NCBI GenBank assembly: GCA_023213395.1 | Contig: CM041465.1 | Coordinates: 204,793,741 to 204,857,740 of the forward strand | Length of the DNA stretch: 64,000 nt | Direction of reading: 5' to 3' | Source of the DNA: Cycas panzhihuaensis | Lineage: Eukaryota; Plantae; Cycadophyta | Shown here: in pieces, positions 53,001-64,000 of the stretch | Layout of the letters: every line of letters begins with the position of its first letter | Position numbering within the stretch: position 1 is the stretch's first letter | Translations under genes and position numbers: made by a program | Notes under the pieces: generated by a model | Seen by the model: only the letters and a program-made list of their open reading frames with translations | What the model was told of the DNA's origin: nothing | The model's database searches: none

Positions 53001-53825
53001 GGCTGGAGATAGGTCAACACCAAAACTACATAACTTTGTCCCAAAGTAACTACATCAAAATCGCTTGTTCGATTTCGGATGGAGAATTGCAATCCATGCA
53101 CAACTCCCATGGAAACAAATTGTGATCTAATGGTAGAAAGTATGGAAAAAGATGATGATGTTACTTTATACGCACAAATGATTGGAAGTCTCGATTTATC
53201 CGACCGCCACCAGTTCGACATATCCTACTCAAGAGGACTAATATCAAGATATATGCGTAATCCAAAGTTGAGACATCGGCAAGCCAAAAAGAATTCTCGA
53301 GATATCTCAAAGGAACAAATGATCTCAAATTAGTATATTTAAAGGCATCCAATCAAAATAACAGGTACCGCGATTACTGGCCGGGTGGTGACAAAGAACA
53401 AAGGAAATCCACAAGTGGATTTTGCTTTTCTTAGAGCTTCAAAGAATCTCATGGTGCAAGAAGAAATAAGCAACAAGAGCTCTCTCCTCTGTATGTAATA
53501 TAAAGCAACCACATCAAGAACCTCCTCAAGCCATCCGTTAAGACAACTCTTATTTGACTTGAATCAACAACAGAAAGGAGCAACTTCTCTAAAATGTAAC
53601 AACCAAAGTGCCATCAAGCTGACCAAAAATCCAATTCTACATGCAAGAACAAAACATATTGAAGTTCATCATCACTTTATAAGAGAAAAAGTACAAAATA
53701 AAGAGATAGACTTGGAATACTGTCCGACATCTGAACAGGTTGTAGATCTTCTGACAAAAGCTCTTGGGAGAGAAAGACTCAGGTATTTGAGAGACAAGAT
53801 AGGACTTTTAGAGATAAAACATTAA
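50010..53825 (+). pseudogene. Remainder of gag-pol of copia D
   Basis: KEELYKLHMKE, CYNCG knuckle, WYIDSGASKHMT, HTDICGP, RSDGGGEY, NGVAERKN, KARLVAKGYTQ, YVDDM, HARTKHIEVHHHFIREKV. Confidence 0.97.
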
Positions 53826-54047
53826 GAGGGGGTGTTAAAATATAATGTTTTATCTAGGATAGAAAAGGGGGTCATGTTAGACCCACCCTTAATGTACTCA
53901 TAAGATCATGCCACTTGGCAGTATCTAAGTGATCGGTTATATTAGTGGTTGTAACCATCACATCACTGTTGTATACTTAAGCAGATTAAATCTCAATAGA
54001 CAAATGTACATTCTTTCCTCTGTCTGATTTCGCTCTGTTTTTCAACA

Positions 54048-55807
54048 ACTACACCCTTACTAAGGACTTACCCAAGCTAACTAAAGGATTAACATATTAC
54101 AAGGCACGATATTCTAATAATTTCTTGGCAAAAGTAGTAAGATAGGATTTAAACTCTATAGATACTTAAGGCATACCTAAGGATCTTAAGGAACAATGTT
54201 GGATTGATGAAATACTTCGATGACATCACCTTGTTTAAAAATCCTAATATGATAAAAGTTGTAATCCTAGATGGTCAATGAACAACATGCATGGACAAAA
54301 GTAGGAAGCAACATTAAGGTTTTACCAAATCTTAATTTACCATGTGTATTTATGTAATAAAAATAAAAACATTTGTTACCTCATATATATATATATATAT
54401 ATATATAATTTTATTTTAACAATTCCCACCTAATCCTCTACAAAAGTTGGCTTGAAATCGAAATGAAAATACATACTAAAACCTTAATATATCTATCTAT
54501 TAATATAGTGAAATGAAAAAAAAAATCATTATTAAATTTAATGGTTTTTAGGCCAAATAAATTTGAAATAAAATAACATGTAAATGCAATGAATTTACTT
54601 CCTTCTAGTTCATTTTATCTAATAAAAAATGAAATGTGAACGCTATTAATCCTTTTCTTAATCTACCTACATATTAATGCTAATAAAAATCTCATTTTCT
54701 CTACTTATATGCCAGCTAGTAAATGGCCTACTTGTGCCATATATAAGGATGACCAAATGAGTATAATCATCTCAAAATATAATATGTTTTTAGGCCCTCA
54801 AGCTATGACTTTGAATAAGTGTCAATATTAGGTAAGTAATAACTTTAAATTGTAGCCTTTGTTTATGCATATACAATAATGATACCCTCAAAGTTTACTT
54901 TTATTCCTTAAAATGTAATTTTGAAGATGTGTATGTGCAAGTATTCATTGACTTAAATATTAATTAAATATTTGCTCAAATATGAAGTGTCGTTATATTT
55001 AATTTTTCATGAAATGACACCTTTTAAGACATCAAAAAATACAAACCCCATTTTCACATGACAAATGACAAATTTTCTTCATAAAGATCTTGTGCATTAA
55101 CATCAATAACATTTGAACCATAACACTTTATTTAAATGATTTAAAGGTTGATATAATATGTATCAAAATAATATATTAATCATTTATCATAAATCACACT
55201 TAATTGTTATTTTTCTCCTTATTTTAATGTATGTTTTATTCATTCAAATGTTTACAAAAATGCAAAGCCTAATGTTATTTACTATCCATCAAAAGCATAT
55301 TAAAAAAATAAGCACTTTATGAATGTAAATCATTTAAAGCTCACATATATACATGTATAAAGTTATTGGCATTTACCAGAAAGTACATTTTTAAAAAAAT
55401 GATTATCCTAAGATGGGTATATAGGCAAACTCAAAGAGACTCAAACCCATGACCTATTTAACCATAAACAACTTAACAGTTTCCTACATAACCTATATGC
55501 ATTCATCAATAAATAATAATAAACATAAAGTTTTTATATGAAATGATAAAACTTATGTCATTAAACTTATAAATAAGAGTATTGTTCTTATTATAATAAG
55601 ATTATAACTCATTTACAATTGGGCAACTTGATTATATAAAAAAGGGCATCTCTACTAATTGATAAAATCAATGTGTAAAGGAAACATATTGGACATCACA
55701 CAGATGCTAAAATTATATGGTATAAGTTAATGTTTTGAAAAGTGAATATTTACATATATGTAATGAATGGATTGCAAGTATAAGATACCACTATACTTAA
55801 CTTCCTA
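54048..55807. repeat. ~2.7-kb dispersed repeat, copy 2, right part
   Basis: Resumes homology to 8891-10937 immediately after the D TSD. Confidence 0.9.
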
Positions 55808-56812
55808 TGAGTGTTTCAGCTATTAAAAGTGAGAATAAAACTAATGATAATCATGGATCATCAAAATAATAGAACCAAAAATATATATATATTTATTCCT
55901 ATAAATATTTAGATGAATGGAATATTAAAATTGAAAATGCAATATAGAGTGGAGTAGTTAAACATATACAACTCAAGCCATATTCAAAATACACTTATGA
56001 AATAACATTATATTAATCCTGAAATAGGTTAATGTCACAAGGTCATTACATTAGCTGATTATTTCTAAAAAGAGTCTTAAGTGAACTTTAAATTAGATCA
56101 CTTAAGTGAAATGCACTTTCATATGCATTATATGTAATTTCATTTCACTTAACTCTAATGCTCCCTCTCTTAATATAAAAGTAAAAGCTCAGTGGAGGAG
56201 GCTCATTCTTACCTCTCCATTTTGTTAGAGCTACTCTCTTTCTCTCAAGTCTTTCTTGCTCCCATGTTTGCCTTTGTATTTAGTATATGGAGATGAAAGA
56301 TAGATCCACTCTTTTCATTTAGTATCAGAACTTTCTTCCTTCATATTCCTCACTTACACTTGTAATAGAGCCATCACTTCCTTCTCCCCTATAATCCATG
56401 TGGTGAAGGAGATTGTGAAAGTGGATTTAGAAATATTTTCAAGTTTTTATCATAGTATATTTAGTATTATTTGCTTTGTCATTTATGCTATCTTATTCTT
56501 TTTTTCTTTCCCTTCTTTTTGTCTATTTAACAAGGGGAAATGTTGTTGAAACTTTTCTAGCTTTTAGAAGAATGATTGTAAGGAGAGGTTCTACCCAGTT
56601 ATTTTAAAGAATTTAGAGCCATTTAAAACATCCATCACTATATACTCTGACCTTGCCCATATTGTGATCCTGGTGATCAAAAAATGATGGAAATTTCATA
56701 TGCTATCATGTGTTAATGAGATATTAGCAAGTTAAAATTTCTGTGGAAATTAAATTTACTTACTAAACTTCATAGACCTATAAAATCTTTTACAGAGCTC
56801 TAATTAACATGA

Positions 56813-57100
56813 TTCTAATTACTAAAGATGAAGCTCTAAGTCTAGTTTCCAACACAAAAATTAGCACCAATTTTTTTGCCATATGAGAAAGTTATTATTA
56901 TTTTAGTGAATAGTAGTTATTTTTAGTAAGAATTTTAGAAAAATATATTTTGCCAACTTTGTGAGACTACTAAAAAAATTTCAGAACTTATTTGGACCTA
57001 ATTCTAGTTTCTAAAGATGATGCTCTGAGTCTAATTTACAACACAAAAACCAGCATTCAATTTTGTTATCGTGGGAGAAAGTTGTTGTTGTTTTAATGAA
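56813..57100. repeat. Diverged duplication with ~189-bp period in the leader of G
   Basis: ctaaagatgaagctctaagtctagtttccaacacaaaaa at ~56822 and ctaaagatgatgctctgagtctaatttacaacacaaaaa at ~57011. Confidence 0.8.
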
Positions 57101-57956
57101 GACTTTTTTTTTTTTTTTAGTATTTAAAAAATAAATAAAAATTTTATCTTCCTTCTTTTTATAAGGCTTAAAATCCCATTATAAAAGTGAGTAAAAAAAC
57201 ACATGGATTAGAACACTTATCAACATTAAATTTTAATACTCCAAAATCACTTCAAGCAAGAACTCTAAAAATACTCCAAGCAAGTATTCTATTTTTAGTT
57301 ATATGTACATTTAATGTGAATTCGATAATATTTTCACTCTCCCTAAAAGGAACGCATCACGTATGTTATTTTCTACCATCTTGTACCTATTCACATACTC
57401 ACTAAGGTTGAGATACCTTGGTTGATAGAATGTCATGCTATAAAGGAGGTGTGGGTTTCAAGTTAGAACTAAACTAAACTAGAATATTGGTGAGGTTTGA
57501 TTAGCCATACCATCATGCCTCAATTAGGGATCATCTTGATAACCAACTGAGAAAACTGAAACTTTAATATAAGATTAAAATATACCTAATCCAGTATCTG
57601 TCATAGCCATGGGTATGCACGTACCACTCTTTAAAGAAGATATATAGCTGCTCATTGGTGAATTGGGTGAGGATTGGAAGAACTTGGGCTCCATTATGAC
57701 TTAGATTTTATGACCAAGTACAATTACAAGTATCATGGGTGAAAGCCAACTTAATTATACTAGAAGCCTAGGCATCCCTTCAATAACCTGAACTATATAT
57801 TGGACATAAGTTAGAGGTTATTGGGTTGATTATATATCCTATATTTGAGTTTCACGTTATGTATACCCAATGATGTCAACTTCCATATTGGTCTACAATC
57901 TTGTATATTGATCGCTTACTTATTTGTAAAAAGTGATCCATAGTGTAATCATAATT

Positions 57957-58088
57957 ATAGTACTTCTCATATTCCTGCTACGTCAGGTTAATATTTGCCA
58001 TAAATGTTAGTGGCCAATTTTCATCATAGTACTTCTCATATTCCTGCTGTGTCAAGTTAATATTTATTACAAGTGTTGGTGACTTTTC
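57957..58088. repeat. 69-bp tandem duplication
   Basis: atagtacttctcatattcctgct.. at 57957 and 58026. Confidence 0.9.
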
Positions 58089-61000
58089 TCTAAGTTGCTC
58101 CCTTCATCTTTGAGCAACCATTCTTACTTCTTCTTCCTTCTATTACATTACTTCATTGCATCTTCTATTTATAAATAGTGATTGGTCATTTATTGCCATC
58201 ACTTTTATACTCCCTTGTTTATTTCTTCCCTTATCAAAAGACACCATGTCTTCGTAGTTTAAGTAAAATGTGAATTACATTTTTAAAAGGAAAGAAAATT
58301 GGGACATGTGGTTCATTGGTGTCAGAAATGTTGCAAAGTATGAAGGTATTTGGAGAGATCACTTGCAACCTACACCATTTGTTGTAGTTACAACTACCAT
58401 AACTGCTTCTAGAGGAGGTGCTCGGTGCTCCAACTGCTCCCAATGAAGCTACAGCTAAATGCCAATGGGAACTTAATGATGATAAAATCTGTGCAAGGAT
58501 ACTTCTTATCACTGATTATTCCTTGCATAATCTCATTGATAAAGTTGTACATGATACAACATGGAAAGTTCTTAAAGTTCTTAAGAATAACTTTGACACT
58601 AAATTAGACTTAGAATTTATTCATTTAGTATCAAAGATAAACAAATTAAAAATGCAAAAAGGATATGCAAGTGAGATAATCAATCTCCTTCGTCCAATCA
58701 AGCAAGCCATTGATAAAGATTTCAAAACTTAATGCATTACATGGGCTTTCATGATTCAGTCATATCTCCATATCCCAGATTACAAAAATCTATTGGGAAG
58801 TCTTCAATCTAGCAGCACTTTGAGCAAATTTCTAAACTTTGAGGTCAAGGTCGATAAGTTCATTAAATTTGGTAAGACCTTTGATACCAACTTTGCCACT
58901 ACATATGATCCAACTGATGCTACTTTCAAAGTGGAAGAAGATCTTTTTTATACCAAAAATCAAGGTCAATACTCTCGCATAGGTGGTAGTTCTCATGGAA
59001 GAGGTAGAGGTAGACAATAAGGATAACATCCTCTTGGTCAACAGGCTCCTCAACTCTAACAAAAATAGTCTAAGACCAAGGCTAAAATAATCAACCTGGA
59101 CTAAGATCCAGTAATCAGAGATAATCTAACCAACCCAATACTTCTTATGGGACTAGAAATCAAATAATTGTGTACCAAAGGTGTAATAGAAATAGACATT
59201 ATACCAAAAATTACAGAGCTGCCACCAACAAACTACCAAGCTATTAACAGCATATGCTATACATTATGTTGATAATACTTCTTTTGAAGATGCTTTTTAT
59301 GGAACATAATTTGCTCATGCACACCTTCAAAGAATTGGGACCACTTCATCAAATGTTATTGATAGATCCACTAAGTATATTAAGGCTCATTGTGGCTATG
59401 CTTATTCACTTTTGTCTTCACCACTTAGAGATGCAAATAGTGCCACCTCAAATACTTCATCTTAGATCATGAATACTGGAGCAACACAACATATGACTTA
59501 TCATCGCTAGTTCTTTCAAGATTTTGACTCTGAAGTTTGTGGTATTGTATACGAGGCTGACAAATCATCTCAGCTAGTCAAAGGACTTAGAACTATTTGC
59601 CTGAAACTCCTAAGCCTTCCAGATTTTACCCTTGTTGAGGTTTTATATATTCTTACTCAAAAGCAGAACTTGCTCTCCCTATCCACCCTTGCCTCTCATG
59701 GATTTGATTTGAGTGTAGCTGTAAATAATCAAACTCTATGTGTCATTCACCCTCCTTTAAATATTGTGGTTATGACCAGAATTCTTGATGGAAATTTTTT
59801 TCGCTTAACTAGCTCACCATCCTCTAAAGCTAACTATGTTGATGATGACTCTACTTTTACCACAACCCTAACTCCTCAAGAGTTATCATAAGTAGTCCTA
59901 TGGCATACTCATATGTGCCATATCAAAATTGATTATTTAAGAGAACTACATACCACTCTTCGTAGTATTCCTAGGCTCTCCTCCAAGCCCTTCAAATGTG
60001 AAGTATGTATTATTGTCAAATCTCAAAGATAACCCTTTTTTCATAGCCAGTGGAAATCTAGCTAACTTTTGTAGCTTGTACACTCAGATATATGTGGTCT
60101 TATATCCATCCCTTCTCTTAAACAGAAGTGGTACTATATTACTTTCATTGATAATTTTACTAAGCAAGTATGGGTTACTTTTCTTGTAAAGAAAGATGAA
60201 GCCTTTTCTATGTTTTAAGCTTTCAAGGCTCGCATGAAAAATGAATCTAGATTCAAGATCAGGATACTTAGGACTGATAACGATGATGAGTACACCTCTA
60301 ATAAGTTTAAATCATACCTATGTCAACATGGAATCAAACATCAGACTATTGTTAGAGGTACACCCCAGCAAAATGAAGTTACTAAGTGCATGAATAGGAC
60401 CATCATGGCTCATGCTATGTTGGTATATAAGAATATCCTTATCTATCTTTGGGCTAAGAATATCTAGACTATAGTGTATTGCATCAACATTGTTAGTCCC
60501 TCTAAGCTTTACCCCTCTCCACATGAAATATAGTATGGACAAACCCCCTCTATCTCCCATTTCAAAATTTTTGGCTCTACTTGTTATGCTCACATTTTGG
60601 AGGAACACAAAAACAAGCTCCAAGATAGAGCCCTCAAAGGCATCTTTGTCGAATACCATTTATCGGGTACCTTTAGAATCAATAAGATGTTTTTGAAATG
60701 AAGATCAAACTTATAATCCTTTTCTAAAATGATGAATATAAATGGCTTTTAGGATAAAAGTTTATATATATAAAGATGCAATGATATTCTTAAATAAAAT
60801 GAGCCTTAAAGCTTGAAAGAATTAAAATAATAACCAATGACTTATTCAATGTAGTACTCTTATACAATTTCAAGAAATAAGGTGGCCTTAAGGCAAATAA
60901 AAATTCCTTCAACTTATAAATTGATTAGCTCAAGATGCACAAAATCACTTATAAATATTTCTAGATGTATTATAAATAAAATAAAGATGAGTTGTTTATA

Positions 61001-62620
61001 TAAACCAAGTGCACTCTTTAAAGCATTCAACAATGCTCAAAGAAACCTCTTCAATAAGCAGAAAATGCTCAAAGAAACTCTTAGATTCACTTATAAAATG
61101 TAATATAAAGACAATAATATGGTAAGAGGTACTCCTTTATAGCTTTTAATCTGAATAGGGATCCTACTGCTCTAGAATCCAAAAAGGATACTAGAAGGCT
61201 ATAAAATAGCTTGTAAATCTTATAAAGACTAGTAAATGTAGTTAGTAATTAATTAGTATGCAAATATTAATCAAGTATATTTAGTTGGAAAGAAAATTTG
61301 GCTCAAAATATCTCCAAAAGTGTCCAACTATGACTGAAACAGGGCCTTAACTTTAGGGGTTTCATCTTTAGGAGCCTCAATTCCATGGGTCCTCAGCCAC
61401 TGCAACCACCAGTTGAGTAGGAACTCTCTTTGTGCACGTGGATCAATCAGTAGATAGCAAGAGTAATTGTAAAAGGTCTCACCCCTTCTCATATGGGAGT
61501 GCAAGCAGAAAAGTGTATAAATGATGCATGGTGTATGGCACATAGCTAGCAAGAGTAGATTTTAAAAATATATCCTACCTCTTGCTATATAGGACTATCA
61601 CTTTGGCATCTAATGCTTGGAAATACAATAGGCTCTATGGCCTCAAATTTGCCACATAGGCTAAAAGATGCCTCTTTGAGATATACAACTTGCCACCATG
61701 GGCAAAATAACCAGCAATAGATATTTTTACATGACTTAAAAATGATAGATGTGACTTGAGTGTAGCATACATGACTCTCTCTCATACAATAAAGTATAAA
61801 ATGAACACAATATATTCTTAAGAGCTAAAAAATTAAACTTTAATACATGTTATCCCTCATATTTGGGGTATATTACATAAAAAAATATTATAGAACCTCA
61901 AGAATTGCATGTAAGTGTCTGAAGAAGCTAAAAAAATGAGAAAAGATGAAGATTTGTCAAAACATTTAAACTTCAAGCTAAAAAATCTACATCAAAACAA
62001 CTCCAAAAATCATCAAGTAACCTACCAACAGAAAGATCTCTCTGTTACGAATCCAACGTAATAGATGGGAGCAAATCAGAAACCTCCTAGCTTAAAATAT
62101 CAGCAAAAATGTGAGGAGTACTCTATAAGAAACTCAAAATGGGGGCTAGCCCCTTTCATTGGTTCGCTGCTAGTCATATAATCCCACCATATGACCTTGG
62201 GCTAAATAGCAAGGGGGTTGAATGGATCCGAAAGATTATGCAATATGATTAAATCTACTTTTTTGAACTAAAAAAAATTATTAAACCCTTATAATAAAAT
62301 TTGATATCTAGTGATATTCAAAACACACCAAAATAATTATTAATCAAAAAATAAAAACTGTGTAAACCTTATTATGGTTTTACAAAAAAAAAATCACCAA
62401 GCCATAGGGCCACCACCATCATTATTCATTTGAAAGAGGCTTAGTTGGTGTTGCAAATCTATTTGCAGAAGGTGTGGGACTCTTTACAATTGGCGATAAT
62501 ACTATAGGAGAAGTGGCAACTGGTCAGGAGAGAGGAGCAATCACCAGAGGAGCTCCTTGTGCTGTGCATTAACTGACAAGTGGCATATTAATATTACAAG
62601 CATTGGGAAGATTCAATACC

Positions 62621-63471
62621 TCATCCTTGGTCATCTTTATCAACCTCTAAGGGTTGACAATTACATTAAGTCATTTTCTGGTTTTTGGTAATTCTGAGTC
62701 TAATCAAATAGTAAAGATAATCAATTATTTTCTTTGGCATTTTCCTATTCCAACTGTTGAAGTGCAGCAGATGCTTTAGAGAGGCAATTGAATCTTGAGA
62801 TAAAATTTAGCTTATTAGTACTTTCATCCACAGAAGCAAGAGATGATGGAGTGCTAAGAAGATCAAATTTATCCAAGAAACTTTATGTACTCCATTCTTC
62901 TCTCATGGCTAAAATGTAGTTATACGTTCAAATTCTCTTCTTTATTAGAACAACATGCAAAAAGAAAAGTTAGCCTAAGGTTGCAGATGCATACATTGTA
63001 ACGACAATGAAGAAAGCCACAACACTTACAAAAACCCCTCTTGGGAATTTGTTTCTGAACTTGAGCTTAAGGTCATCCATTATTCCTGCCCGATTCATAA
63101 AATAACGAATAAAGACAACAAGTCCTACTTCCCCCTCCAAAATAAGCATAATGAGGATTGAGCCATAAGCAGCATAAATTTAGTGTAGTTCTTCCTTCCA
63201 ATGCAATTGTTCAACCACTAGCAATGATGATCAAATCCATCAACACACTTATCATAACTCTTGCAATGTTTGCTACACTTTTTAACCTTTGTGTTTCAAA
63301 GAGAGCAGAACATTGTATCATCTTCTCTAAGTTTAGGTGAAATGATCTCATTTTCATCACTATAGCAGGTAAGCATGATTCCATTCTAGTTGGGTTTTTC
63401 CATGGATCTATATATCTCCTTCTAATACATGAATGGGAAATTTTTCTCTCCATCTTCTTTACATATCTCAA
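62621..63471 (-). pseudogene. PAT18: Intronless fragment of a DHHC protein S-acyltransferase, PAT18-like
   Basis: RYVKKMERKI..RRYIDPWK; DDTMFCSL / [68 protein letters not shown]. Stops and frameshifts, no introns, N- and C-termini missing. Confidence 0.9.
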
Positions 63472-63724
63472 GACTAATCAAGCAAGGTGCATCCCTCACA
63501 CACCACGTTTACCTCCATAACCTCTGGCTTCTCTGCTATCATCTACAAGCTGAGAACCCTTTTATTTTTTATAAGCACTACAAAACATTACCCTCCATAC
63601 TCCAAAAGCATCAATATAGCAATAGTCTAAAGAATAATACCATCAACAACAACCACACAGATTCAAAAACTACACTAGATTGTAGCAAGAAACTTGACAA
63701 TACCCCCCCCCCCCAACCACCACG

Positions 63725-64000
63725 TTTTTTTTAATACATGAAAATACATAAATACATCCTTGTAAAATTACTCAACTATAAAACAATTTCAAAGATGGAG
63801 TCATTTTTTACTTTTAGATCGCCAAAAAATAACTCACTCAATTGTTGCAAGCATCTCCATTACAATATGCCCATTGGCATGCAAGGAGATCACTTCACAC
63901 AACTACATATATGCATAAAAATCCTCCATGTTGATAACAGACACGTTGATTCTATAAGGTGATCAGGCCTATATGAGCAGTTGATCTGCAGCAGCTTCAA
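63725..64000 (-). other. Possible 3' end of another polyadenylated host transcript copy
   Basis: Minus strand: EAAADQLLI*, ~240 nt of U-rich UTR-like sequence, then A8 (T8 at 63725-63732). Cut off by the window edge. Confidence 0.4.

Larger units (their letters stand above)
42957..54047 (+). mobile_element. Ty1/copia element D, full length, with an L1 inserted in gag
   Basis: 215-bp LTRs at 42957-43171 and 53833-54047 (11 mismatches), TSD ACTAC at 42952-42956 and 54048-54052, PBS TGGTATCAGAGC at 43172-43183, PPT AAGAGGGGG before 53833. Confidence 0.98.
56320..60665 (+). mobile_element. Ty1/copia element G, 3'-truncated in integrase; 5' LTR ends at ~56317, start unresolved
   Basis: Decayed PBS TAGTATCAGAAC at 56320; gag from 58246 (ENWDMW); IMNTGATQHMT at ~59467; VHSDICG, RTDNDDEY, TPQQNEV; no RT. 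Confidence 0.8.

Noticed and set aside
53130-53560. Local burst of transversions and indels in the RT/RNase H region of D
   Set aside because: It does not match the transition-only pattern elsewhere and creates new CpGs; most likely a low-quality consensus patch. Check read support.

Overview
AT-rich, heavily deaminated land-plant heterochromatin with no intact host gene. The window is a stack of retrotransposons. It holds a decayed minus-strand LINE (1-1.7 kb), an old Ty1/copia (A, 3.85-7.93 kb), and a 2.7-kb dispersed repeat present twice. A five-level nest is resolved largely by LTR and target-site-duplication (TSD) matching: Ty3/gypsy Tat-like remnant > copia B (16747-36360, TSD CTAAT) > non-autonomous element E (17356-32555) > copia C (18952-30316, TSD CCTCC) > non-autonomous element F (24154-30305, TSD TAAAT). 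Further right are a younger copia D (42957-54047, TSD ACTAC) whose gag is interrupted by a near full-length RNase H-encoding L1 LINE (44160-50009, TSD up to 17 bp), a truncated copia G, and an intronless PAT18-like DHHC S-acyltransferase fragment. The most interesting item is the E/F pair: LTR elements reduced to a gag N-terminal stub plus the last codons of pol, resembling copia A, each carrying antisense host-gene fragments (eIF3j in E; ATG16 in a chimeric poly(A)-tailed unit in F). F also has three tandem LTR-end/primer-binding-site (PBS) units, and its 3' LTR shows that the second one was used. All protein identities come from recognising motifs by eye and from memory of the families, not from database searches.
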